Shown here: piece after piece, positions 27,101 through 37,423 of the stretch
Position numbering within the stretch: position 1 is the first letter of the stretch
How the letters are laid out: each line of letters opens with the position of its first letter
Assembly (NCBI GenBank): GCA_051294905.1
Contig: CM119372.1
Coordinates: forward strand, 9,674,001-9,738,000
DNA length: 64,000 bases
Origin: Botryllus schlosseri
Taxonomy: Eukaryota
Reading direction: 5' to 3'
Made by a program: the position numbers and the translations under genes
The notes under the pieces: model-generated
Databases searched by the model: none
The model's input: the letters and a program-made list of their open reading frames with translations, nothing else
Told to the model about the DNA's origin: nothing

Positions 27101-27423
27101 GAAGTGATATATCAACAACAACAAAAAATACAATCGCCAATGCGAGGTACCTGTGGCCCAACTTAATGATACATAGTGTACCGCAGACAGAAATCAATGA
27201 GTAGACCGTTTCTTGACCGCAAAGACTGTAAATTGTTGTCAACCCGAGAAGTGTGGACAAAGCCTAGATATCAACACACGGGTCATTGTCGTTATCATAT
27301 GCCCGAGATCTTATCGACACATACCTGTTTCTGCAGTGGATCTCTGCCGCCTCGGATCAGAAATCCGACAGCCACGGAAGTGAGCAGCACGCCTGTGTAG
27401 ACTATTTCATCTTTGATTGTCAT
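21191..27423 (-). CDS. MBOAT7: Lysophospholipid acyltransferase 7 (LPIAT1), MBOAT family, 483 aa
   Basis: Nine exons: 27325-27423, 27151-27263, 26965-27091, 26740-26905, 25982-26183, 24948-25109, 21753-21929, 21500-21658, 21191-21437 (1452 nt, in frame, all GT-AG). Motifs NAVQLMLTLKL, YSYCYVGLFTGPFFKYRTY, RMRFYSAWLAAEC, RDGMRSWNMTVQWWLA, SAYWHG (catalytic His) and WFFKMR match MBOAT7. Confidence 0.96.
21976..24922 (-). mobile_element. 5'-truncated CR1/L2-group LINE in MBOAT7 intron 6
   Basis: Uninterrupted ORF2, ~330 nt 3'UTR, AATAAA (22000-22005) and (TCTG)n microsatellite tail (21976-21997). No clear TSD. Confidence 0.93.
22304..24922 (-). CDS. LINE ORF2 (partial APE endonuclease + reverse transcriptase), 872 aa
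   Basis: Endonuclease motifs IYRHP, LGDINI, TLIDHI and TDHYP; RT motifs NYRPIS, QFGFR, FLDLKKAFDTI, GVPQGS, FADDT and KYLGI. The frame begins mid-endonuclease. Confidence 0.95.
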   Translation of the reverse strand: MDSYKLNISDTDQVWVEIDSAITSGHSIIVAVIYRHPKSSRTDFVTALDQSIRKLCANKKTFFILGDININILSLSAFEKDYLFMLNSLGTVPIITHPTRVTHHSATLIDHIYTNLDSYTIFPYVMENDLTDHYPLVAEVLVKSPAPTATKVYRRFPTPESRDSLLHDAFDKFDNDNLTPLSRHNFNENFNHFIANILRLINEHIPLQKLSRRQRKLQLKPWITPGIVRSIRKRNLLHKTWSLSGTEGDRKKYKSYANKLNHIKSKAKESYYMNCFSNHYGDQRQTWRLIKQLINVKRTNANFPLNIIKDDGTKITDPCSISQSLNEHFVSIGDKLASSCANCADISPVAYCRSSLDSFFITDTSEEEIFEIVRDMKTGKAEGHDGISTDLLKTLIPAIGPTLAYYFNQCVELAIFPAALKIAKITPVHKSGDKTDMNNYRPISVLPCIAILFEKLIYKRMVTFFERNSLISSSQFGFRHNTDTNQAITDLITKHYSTLGSNDVCCSIFLDLKKAFDTINHSLLLEKLQRYGIRGKSLELFRSYLSNRLQYIDHHMTSPFHYGKIETGVPQGSTLGPILFIMYINDLPNASKFHTTLFADDTCLFARDSDLASLQHTVNSEMENIITWMNVNKLVINPAKTQLLISNNKALPTHTPHFAITILGVTVKPTSTVKYLGIHIDNDMSWRSHIELLVSKVSRACGVLSRVSRLLPRSVLRTLYLSIIHPHLLYGIIFWGTTFKTYLQALSVQQNRAIRSICRLGPRDSVQQAYRSLNILTVPKMCSLEIAKLMHRYHNGNISDALLGLFLLQKDVHNYNTRSASSNNYFIPRVSSMAQRSIVFLGPKLWGEIPTELKNMSFNEFKYHYKKQLLQS

Positions 27424-28309
27424 TTTAAATAGGTTTACCGTTCTGCACAAATAAATGTTTGATTGCATAGAGGCATTGTTCTGTTAAAAAGTTACTCTAA
27501 AGAAGGCGAGATTATATAAATCATCCTAGTTCACATATAAAGGTAGCAGAGTAGGTAATAATATTGTCACGCTATTAGACTGTAAACGAAAATTATGTAT
27601 GTTATTACTCCGGGCTTCCACTATAGTACAATATCTTACTTTTATATACATTCAATCGGATAAAACGAGAAAATACTCCAATCCTTGCTATTTTTTATTA
27701 ATATCGGTTCGGCCATTAGAGGTAAAATGATTTTGGCAATTTTCGTGACGTCTGTACTCCACGGTATTAGGGTATCAGAGAAATATAATCTGTGACTGCC
27801 ATACTGGGAATATGGATCTATTTGTTACAGCATACATGTGTCCAGATGCAGTCTTTTTAGTTTAAAATCCAACAGCGATGGTTGTGGAAATGCGCCTTTA
27901 AGCTACACGCCACACCTTCTGAATGAAAGCAGAATATAGGCTATCGGAGTTATCGGTGAATATGAAAATTATTGGATCCCCTCATAATCATATATCGATC
28001 TTCTTTAATCATTATAGAGATCTATCACAGGAGTTGAGTACGTTATGTCTTCACGCACCACCAGAAGATGGTGCAAAATGGTGGTACAGCTAAACCCACT
28101 ACACCTCGTGAATATACAATACATACATCTCCATAAGGATCGTTGTTGGCCTATTTGATTCGTTTTCACAAATTGAAACGAGTGAAAAGCATGAATTTTG
28201 TACTAAAACAACCTGATGTTTGATTCCAACTGTGGCGTAAATGAGGTCAATACATCATTTTCTGTGGATGTATTCACAGTGTCGGAACGGTACCATCGGT
28301 AGCATTAGG

Positions 28310-29326
28310 TCATTGATTGCCTTTGCGTACTGCCGGAATCAGACCTTCTTTGTGAAGATTGATTATCGAATTGGCTACCGTCTCTGCAGCGATCTTCGTG
28401 AACCCACCAGACAGCAGCATGGCGATAGGGATGGCTCTGGCACGCACCGCTCGGAACACGACGGCGTCTCTTTTTATGACTCCTTCCGGGCTCACCCTCA
28501 ACAAACCGAGTGGATCGCCTTTCAGAATATCCACTCCGGCATTATACACGACAAAGTCTGGATGAAATTCGTCGAGTATGCTTTCGATATTGTCAGAAAC
28601 ATGGGTTAGGTATTCTTCGTCCGCGACTCCGGTTTTTATCTCGACTTTCCTGCGCACGGACACTTTGGCGTCTTCGTCTTGCGGAAATATTTCCGAATTG
28701 TACACATCGAAAATGAAGACACTGTCATCATCGATAAAATCTCTCGCATAGCCGTTACCTTGATGGGCGTCTAGGTCGACGATCAAAGCTTTGCTCATGC
28801 CGGGTATATTTTTTTGCATGTACCTTACAGCCATCGTGATATCGGCATACATGGAGAAGCCTCCAGGCGTGGCTCGATCGTGACTGCAATGGTGCTGGCC
28901 TCCGCCTAAATTTATAGCCCATCCGTGGTCCACTGATAATTTTACAGCCATTACGGTGCCGCCAGCTTGCAACCGAAATGGAGCTACGATCTTGTCTGAA
29001 ATGAACGATGCTGGCATCATTTTCAAGGCAGCGATGCCTGTAATACTCGCGATATTGGCCTTCGCCTTGAGACTGTCAAGATATTCTTTAGTGTGGATCT
29101 CCTCAAGTTCCGAATCCGTGGGAAGAGTCGGAATAGAAAACGAGCCTCCTGCTAAGAAATCTTTAACAAGTCTTCGACTGATATTTTCCGATTTACGAGT
29201 ATCAAATTTTGATAATTTCTCAAAGCCCATCATTCTCAAGTCATAGTTGCGTTCGTACACTATCGGCCAGGATCCCGGAGCCGCTGTCGTGTCTTGATCC
29301 GATTCTTTACTTGCTGACTGTCCCAT
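28310..29326 (-). CDS. HDAC11: Divergent HDAC11 paralog (class IV), intronless, catalytic Tyr replaced by Phe
   Basis: Motifs WPIVY, GWAINLGGGQHHCS, VDLDAHQGNG, YNAGVDILKGDPLG and MLLSGGF. ATG at 29324-29326 (MGQSASK); the frame is open further upstream to an acceptor-like site at 29386-29387. Confidence 0.9.
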   Translation of the reverse strand: MGQSASKESDQDTTAAPGSWPIVYERNYDLRMMGFEKLSKFDTRKSENISRRLVKDFLAGGSFSIPTLPTDSELEEIHTKEYLDSLKAKANIASITGIAALKMMPASFISDKIVAPFRLQAGGTVMAVKLSVDHGWAINLGGGQHHCSHDRATPGGFSMYADITMAVRYMQKNIPGMSKALIVDLDAHQGNGYARDFIDDDSVFIFDVYNSEIFPQDEDAKVSVRRKVEIKTGVADEEYLTHVSDNIESILDEFHPDFVVYNAGVDILKGDPLGLLRVSPEGVIKRDAVVFRAVRARAIPIAMLLSGGFTKIAAETVANSIINLHKEGLIPAVRKGNQ

Positions 29327-30240
29327 GATGTATACATTAAAGTAGAGTCTGGCCTTAGTTTTCAAATTCCGATACAGTACAGAGGCTGGAAATAAAAAAT
29401 TTCAATTAAGGTGTCACTTGCATATATAGAGATCATTATACAGAGATACTCATTGTGTTTCAAAATACGGTGGAAATTCGATCAAGGATTTCAATAATCT
29501 AAATCAGCACCGGTATGTGGATTAGAAGATGACCTTGGACCTGTAGAATTGATAGTGATAGTGGCTCATAGTGAGGTGAAAGAAAATATGAAAATATAAG
29601 TAGGATAGTAGTATCATGGTACATGGATCTAGTACATAAATAAAAAGACACATCAATGTTTCCATAGGCTATGTGTAGAAGTTCAATGGGCAGGATGACT
29701 TTGTTGCAAGAACAACTTCAGCAATCGGCAGAATTGAACAAGTGAATAAACGAAAATATATCGTGCTGAGCTTTTAGGACACAGCCCAGCAATGTCAAAT
29801 CGGAACATATGAAAATGAGAAGTTCAGCAAATTGATCTACAACCAAAATTACATTCTCATTTGGATGTAGGCATACTATTTATAAATTAGGATAACAGAT
29901 TAATTGCGCAAACGCAACTGCAAATAAATTCAGCAAAATTAGACAGAAACAAATCTGGATTGATGGAAATTAGCGCACGGTGAACAATTCATCAAAATGG
30001 ACATACATGATAGGTCACTTCAGTAATAACAAACCATGGACCTGTTGTGGTACAGTACTGACATATATATAAACAGAGGCGATCAGAGAAGTCAACATTA
30101 GTACTCTCATAGAATTAGAAGCAGCGATTTTAAAGACACGTTGAAATTACTTTGAATGGAAGTCAAAAAAAATATGGTGTGAAAGGTAGGCCTACTTTAA
30201 AACTTCCAGCAACCAGAGTCCACAACCAGACACCTAAGAG

Positions 30241-31299
30241 TCATTGAATTACATTTTTAGGACCATTCACAATGTTTTTAGAGTGTAAATTTGATATAGA
30301 GTCTGCAATAACCCTCGCAGTTGACCTTTGATATCCTCCCGAGGTGAGCATGGTGATAGGTACCCCCCTTTTTCTCGCGGCACAAAAAACGATTTCATCA
30401 CGCTCAATAATGCCGTTCGGAGAAACATCAAGGCAACCAAGAGGGTCTCCTTGCAATATATCGGTTCCGGCATTGTACACGATGTACTGAGGCGTAAAGT
30501 CCTCAAAAACTTGTTCAAGATTCTTTCGCACCACATTCAAATAATACGTATCCTTGGCACCGTGTCGAAGTTCAACCTTACGTGAAATTGCGGCTTTGGC
30601 CTCATTGTCGTTCGGATATATCATACCATTGTAGACATCAAATATATATACACGACTGTCGCCCATAAAGTCTCGGGCATACCCGTTGCCTTGATGTGCG
30701 TCGAGATCGACTACCAATACATTTTTTATGTCAGGGTAATTTTTCCATAGATATTGAATGTTCAATGTTATATCTGCATAGGCACAAAATCCACCCCCAC
30801 GGTCTGACGAGCAATGATGAAACCCTCCTCCGATATTGATTGCCCAACCTCTTTCGATAGCAAGCTTTCCAGCTAATACAGTCCCGCCTGTTTGCAGCCT
30901 GAACCTTCTCAATACTGATTTCTGAACGAAGTAGTTCGGCATAAGAGCAAGCGGTGGTATCTCCGCTATTTTTGCCACGTTAGCACTCCATTTGAGACTG
31001 TTCAAATATTCCAGAGTGTGAACCATAAGAAGCTCGTCCTCGGATACTTCCAATGGTTCCACAAATTCGTCGGAAGATAAAAGTTTCCGTTCAATCAACA
31101 GGGCGTGAATTTTACCCCATTTTCCGGCGTCAAACGGATGGAGTTTCTCCATTCCTCCGAAACTGATGTCGTATTCGGAACTATAAACCAAAGGCCAGGA
31201 AGTGTCGGGGATATCAACATAAAGTCGTGCACGCGTCACCCTACCTGCCTCATCAACTCCTGCTGCACTGTGACCATGCTTCGAAACTACTTTACCCAT
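30241..31299 (-). CDS. HDAC11: Histone deacetylase 11 / lysine fatty-deacylase, intronless, 352 aa
   Basis: Motifs EKLHPFDAGKWGK, GWAINIGGGFHHCSSDRGGGFCAYADI, DLDAHQGNG, YNAGTDILQGDPLG and TSGGYQ are all canonical for HDAC11. Confidence 0.97.
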   Translation of the reverse strand: MGKVVSKHGHSAAGVDEAGRVTRARLYVDIPDTSWPLVYSSEYDISFGGMEKLHPFDAGKWGKIHALLIERKLLSSDEFVEPLEVSEDELLMVHTLEYLNSLKWSANVAKIAEIPPLALMPNYFVQKSVLRRFRLQTGGTVLAGKLAIERGWAINIGGGFHHCSSDRGGGFCAYADITLNIQYLWKNYPDIKNVLVVDLDAHQGNGYARDFMGDSRVYIFDVYNGMIYPNDNEAKAAISRKVELRHGAKDTYYLNVVRKNLEQVFEDFTPQYIVYNAGTDILQGDPLGCLDVSPNGIIERDEIVFCAARKRGVPITMLTSGGYQRSTARVIADSISNLHSKNIVNGPKNVIQ

Positions 31300-31781
31300 T
31301 GCTTATGTTCGACGAATAATATTAGTCATCAGCTACTCGTAACACCATTCCCATTAACAATGGTGCAAAGTGCCAAGTGCCACCAGTCGCACTGGATCCT
31401 GAAGAGATACCTCAAATTTTTAACTACTCATGCAATAAAGCGCGAGACAATTAGCAAGTTTCTGATGCTACAATTATTATTAATGAATCGTAAAAATCAG
31501 AAGCTGGATTTGAAAATATACAAATGCAGGGCCATGAACAATTGAATTCTTCTTTTCACAATTTTGTTCGATATCTCAATATTGTGGATCTTTGAACTTA
31601 TAACAATATTAAATATAGTGTGCATCTACTTTACAAATGTTCGGTACTTTGCGAGTACTGACATTTGCTGCACAAAGTCACTCTGCTGCAGAAGTCATCT
31701 TGTTTGCGGCAACGTTTATATAGCGGCACGGTGTACTGTGCCGGCGTTTGCGTATGATCCAGAAGTCTGCTCGCATTCCGC
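31300..31781. promoter_or_regulatory. Putative bidirectional promoter (HDAC11 / ATPSCKMT)
   Basis: Start codons diverge with only 482 bp between them. Confidence 0.55.
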
Positions 31782-34700
31782 ATGACGAGCGAATCCATAT
31801 TTGATGATAACGCTGAAATTGTTGGTAATGCCAGCGATAATCGAAAGCGGAGTATATTTGGCTTGACTGTATTGGGTGTTACCTCGGGCGCAGTAGTAGC
31901 ATTGGTGGCAGCATGTGCGCCATTTGTCGCGCCGGCACTTCGTAGGGTACGTATATTCTAACCTCCCAAACGGTACGGCCACAGTATTGAATACGTCTTA
32001 TTTCTAATAGTACTGCCTTCCATTTGTTCCTGCAACCGGAGAGCAAGTTAAAAACGTTCTATCGGTTCTGCCTAAGACTGGTCGACTGGCTGATATTGGA
32101 AGTGGCGATGGCAGGATAGTAAGTACACGTAATGCAGATATGCCAGGGTTCACTTATTAATATTTTGATCAGTTCAAAACACAACAAGATTACGTTGGAA
32201 TGAGGAGTTTGGAACAAGTAAAACGACTTGGAATATATATTTCAATTGATCCCCCTGAGGCTAATTAATTGGATGATTGCATATCCTTGGTCGCTAGTTG
32301 AATAATCCTAATTTAAAACTGTTTCAAAATACTTTCTACTGTACACATACATACAACTTATAGTAATGAATCAACTCCTTGATGCAGATGGCGTCACCGG
32401 GTCAGTAATGGACCAGAGTAGAATTGGTGGCAATGTCACGCAGGATTTTCTGTTTAATAATTTAATTATACTATGCAGAAAAGCTCTCATCACGCAGGAT
32501 TTATTTCAAAAAGCAAACCGAGATTCCATAGGGGGTAATGGACAGTCTCAAATGGTTCAAAATATGCTTCTGGAGGTACTAACCTTCAATACTGCAACAA
32601 AAATATGTTAATATTGCGAAGTTTATTCCACTTGAAGCTTTTTGACGAGCGAACTTCGGTAAATGGGATTACCGAAATTCTTTCTTTTTCCTACGTTTGC
32701 TCCTGGTGAGAGTCAGTGGGAAAACATTGGGTTGAATATTTGTCAATATGAACATCCAATGTTACGGTTCTATGGTTAAAGGCGGTACCAAAGTATGGTA
32801 CATCTGCTTATGATTTTATTTCGAACCTGCAGCACGCGACTCGGTGTAGGGTAAGTTCATATCAGATCAACCAAAAAATGAATTTGGTCACCACCATAGT
32901 TTCAGATTTTGCTGAAATTTAGCTCAAAGCATCATAAAGTATATCTGATTAAATCACAATTGATTTGAAATGAATTACTTGTGTCGTTTTCAAGTTATGG
33001 CATTATGAGAAACAAGGTTTTTCTGCTCACTCAACCGTGAAATTGGTGAGATTTTTTCAGCCAGATTTGAAATGGCTGTAAATGAGCTTTTTTGACCTTG
33101 AGAAGTTATTCCTCTTGATATGTGATTGATATTGATCTATTCTATTATGCAAGTGACAAGTGGTATAATGGTATTGCCCATTCTGGATTTGGTCCTTTCG
33201 GGATTAGAAAATTGTTACTCATTTCTAGGTCCTTGCTGCCGCAGAGCGAGGCTTGACGGCCACGGGTTATGAGCTTAACCCATGGCTTATATTGTATAGC
33301 AAGGTATGTATACTAGCTGTGCTTTTATGGGGTGAATTAGATGTTTACTTTCAATTTTTAATGTCTATCTCCAGTTCAAATCGTACCGAATGGGATTGGG
33401 ATCCAGGGCGACTTTTGTCAAAAGAGATCTTTGGAAAACCGACTTCAAGCAGTACAACAACGTTGTAATCTTCGGAGTAACGCAAATGGTGAGGTCAAAT
33501 ATTTTAATTTGAATTGGAAATTCAGTGCTATTGTTATTTGATTCACTAATCAGAAATGTACAAGATTGTAACCGTCGAATAAGAGGAATATAATTTGAGA
33601 GAATAGGCTGGGACGTTTTCTGACTAGCAATACAGTCACCTGATTCTGTCAATCGTCAATGGTATTTTTGTAAACCATCTTTTCAAGAAACTGAACGGGC
33701 CATATGAAAACAATACATGCAGTAATAGGCCATAAACTGCTGACCCACTGTGTGTTTCATTGAAGGCATGGCCAGGATGATGATTTAGGGGAGTGTACCT
33801 CTACTTTTTTGGAGCACTCAAGTACTTATTTGAAAAATACTTTTAGAATTTCAAATATACCACTAGAACGTATGTTTTTGACTACTTCCACTTCTGAGCA
33901 GTTTTTGAAGCAAAACCGCTACTTGTCAGGACAACCAACCGAAATGGTCCTGTATCACGGTTAATTTTTGTACTCTTCTTGTATAATCCACGGTGATGTA
34001 CCTTTGAAATTTGAAAGTGGCTAGCTGGCCATGACTGATTGACTGGTAAACGTACGGAACACCTCGACCAAATCAACTTTTTGACAATACCTGAGAACTT
34101 TTCAGCCCTTTCACTTTCTACCTATACTTAAAAGTAGTTTAGACCTATCTTGGGAATCGCTACTTCTACATGTAATTTAGTGGAATTTCATGGTTACTTT
34201 ACTTGAGTAGCTATGCTGATTACTTTGACTACGTCTAGCTTCGGTGGGGGACTGGATAAACTTTTTAACAGTGAGGTGACGTCACAGATCCAAGGGGGCA
34301 CAGTGAGCAGGTGTGACGTCACAGCGTCATGTTCGGAAGGCGCAATTCAGCTGCTGGTCACGCCACGAAATTTGTGTGTTCAATCTACTGTGTGATGTCT
34401 TTGCCGTTGACCTTGACTCTACGTGTTGCTCGGATACGGCCATATGATGGCGGAAGAGAGTATGAAGAACAGATTTACGTTTGGTGTGGGGAGTTCGCCG
34501 TTTCGAGATTACAAATGAATTACGTAGATGGTAAAAATGCAATTATCTGCAATGCAATATACAGATAAGCAAAATATAAACGGGAGGCTCGATGCATTAT
34601 ATAGGATGATGTGTGATATATGATATACATATTGTTTTACAGTACCGGCAATAACTTCAATCCAATGACCTCTTCTTTTCAGATGCCGCGTTTGGAAGAG

Positions 34701-34841
34701 AAGTTATCTAAGGAGCTGCAAGCGGACTGTCAGATCATAGCATGCCGATTTCCTTTCCCCACATGGCAGCCTGTGAAAACCGTCGGCAGTGGGATCGACA
34801 CAGTTTGGTTGTATAAAATGCCAGCGTCGTTCTCCGTGTGA
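31782..34841 (+). CDS. ATPSCKMT: ATP synthase subunit c lysine N-methyltransferase (FAM173B family), 206 aa
   Basis: Exons 31782-31946, 32011-32118, 33229-33303, 33375-33488, 34683-34841, all phase 0. N-terminal TM segment, then [56 protein letters not shown] and GIDTVW. Confidence 0.94.
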
Positions 34842-35308
34842 GATTTCTCTGCCCGCTCGATGGCGGTGACGAGTTCTTACGAGTTAGTGCACGCTGCGGC
34901 GTTACCTGGGATTCGAGATTGCATCACCTAATCACCTCGCTACTTGAATATGATTGTTTGATATGGTGGTTAGAGTGGTTCTAGCTTCTAGTCCTTGTGC
35001 CGAGGTTGGGAATAACTGGTTCAATTTAGTTACTTAGGAATTTTCATCAATTCTAAACACTACCAAGACTGCGATACAGTGAAAAGATAGGAAGGCGTCG
35101 AAACGACTTGGTTTGTGACTATACTGAGGGAGTCACTACTTCGAAATGTGCGTACTAGTTATATATATCGTCTTACTTTTATAACAACTCTTTTCGAGTG
35201 CATTTGCGCCCAACAAACGAATTGCGTGTGTCCTGTATGTTTATCTGAAAGGCTCTTTGAGGCCGAGTTGATTGGGGTTAGTCGTTAGAGGCTCCGTCGG
35301 GAAAATAG

Positions 35309-36271
35309 CAGTGTTGGGATGACTCGAGTCATGACTTGACTCGAGTCACCTTTTTCGTATGACTTGACTTGACTCGAGTCACTTAGCTAAAATGACTTGA
35401 CTTGACTTGACTCGGCGTATCAGAAATGTGGATTGACTCGTGACTCGGAGCAAAATGAACGAGTCAATTTCAAGTCATCAACTAATCGGTGTCGATAAAC
35501 ATCTCTCTCTTTTGCATATGGTCAGATTGTTCGCAAAACGCTGGTGTAGCCCGTGAGAGCGACCAATCATTCAATGATCGTGCGTTTTACTGAGCCTCCA
35601 TTGTTCTCTCACAAATAAATTTACCGCTAACGAAGTTATTGAAGCTTAAAGCTTATGTTGTCGTAAACTAGTATGGTGAAGTAATTTAATAGCAAAATGT
35701 CTGTTTCTGTTCTCTGTGATTACCTTAGCCAAACCTCTTGTCTTATTGAAATTGAATTCGAATTTAGTTTATGTAGTCCTCAACCATTGGCGTAGGCTCG
35801 AATTGTATCATATCAATTCCTAAATAGGTAGTGTATTGCATCTTATCAATTCGTTCTCAACTCTCTATTTTGGCTGGGAACTATAAACTGAGGCTATGCA
35901 ATTAGTTACGTAGTTTTATAGTTCTACGCATTTGTCAGCGATACAGCGCCTTCTTGTGTGTATATTTACCTCTATATCCGTTCATCGGTTCAGAATCAAT
36001 GACCACTCAATCTGTATTTCAGACAGCTAGTAAAATGCAATGACGTAATCATGCCTCATACATTGAAAGGGCAACTTGACTTGAATTGTGACTTGACTCG
36101 TGACTTGACTTGACTTGACTCGACTTGACTCGAGTCACCTCCAAAAATCGAGCGACTTGACTTGACTCGAGTCACCTTCGAAAATCGATTGACTTGACTT
36201 GACTCGAGTCAAAATGTGCAATGACTCGAAATGACTCGTGACTCGAAGGTAGTGACTTGATTCCAACACTG
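35309..36271. mobile_element. Non-autonomous hAT element with (GACTT)n/GACTCGAGTC subterminal arrays
   Basis: TIRs CAGTGTTGG...CCAACACTG; perfect TSD GAAAATAG (35301-35308, 36272-36279). Confidence 0.92.
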
Positions 36272-36974
36272 GAAAATAGCCTCCCATTATAGTACTATTA
36301 CCGAGTTGTGATGGCTTAATTGTTGATCGGCGAAGAGACAATTCGAACACAACGGAATATTGTCTGACGAATCGCATTAGCGTCGGTGCATGCACTCTGT
36401 CCAGCTTGCCTGTTCCGAGCGTGTAGGTTACTAGCTTATAAGATTACTATGCTTGAAAATGCACAGCACAGCTCCTGACAGAGATTATGCCACTTGTATC
36501 GAAGTATTTCCACAAGTTTCTACTCAACACCGATATCGATGCGAGACCGTGTTTCGGGCCGACAGTACCGCGAGTCGAAGTCTCGGGGGTTATCTAGGCT
36601 GCTCCGATGAGTCTTTATAAACAAAACCCAGAGGACGCCGGGTGAAGTACGTATACAAGGTAGCGAGGTGAAATAGCAAGGGCGGCGTATAAAAACACGA
36701 AAAATCAAGATCGATAGATTATATCGTGTATTAGGCCGAGGTGAATGTTAGACTGAAAGACCGTGCTTCGTCGTTGCGATATCCGTGTTTGTGTTATTCA
36801 TGGACTCATGGTGTTTGTCGACTACCATATGATCATGATCACTTACACCATGCCGATTGCTTTTATTTTGATACCATATCTGCCTACTTGTAGGAGTTGT
36901 AGCAAGACCCGCTTCAAGACTTTTTAGATACCGCATGCGCGGATTAGGTGGCGAAGAGAAGACTATAGATAAAC

Positions 36975-37423
36975 TAGGCTTACCATATTTTGGAAATGTA
37001 AAAAGAGGACACTTTTTCAGAAATTTCAGACATGCAAAACTGGAGAAGAATTATTCTCAAAAACCGGTAAATTTCTCCCACTTCGTGATCGGTTGACTAA
37101 AAAAAAAAAAGGTCATCACTTCCGCTCAGTGCCCAAAATAACGTTTTTCTCTCCACATTGCCAGGTGGATGACTAAAAAAAAAAAAAAAAAGGTCTTGTC
37201 GCTCAGAGCTAAATTCACTGCTTTTCCCTCCGAAATGCCCGCCGGAGCTTCACTTCTGCGCTAATTTGCGGCATATCACTCGCAATTTCTTCTAAATCCG
37301 ACCTAAATTTTCAAAAAAGAGGACAAAATCTCAAAAAAGAGGACAAAAGGGCGTCCTCGGACACTTTCAAAAAAGTCAAAAAAGAGGACAAATCCTCTTA
37401 AAAGAGGACGTATGGTAAGCCTA
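36975..37423. mobile_element. hAT non-autonomous element, TAGG(G/C)TTACCATA family
   Basis: TIRs TAGGCTTACCATA...TATGGTAAGCCTA; perfect TSD AGATAAAC; AAAGAGGACA repeats. Confidence 0.9.

Noticed and set aside
28241..31545. Plus-strand ORFs over the HDAC11 genes
   Set aside because: Antisense shadows with no independent evidence.
35309..36271. GACTCGAGTC palindromic arrays as a regulatory or CRISPR array
   Set aside because: Explained as subterminal repeats of a hAT element with a perfect TSD.
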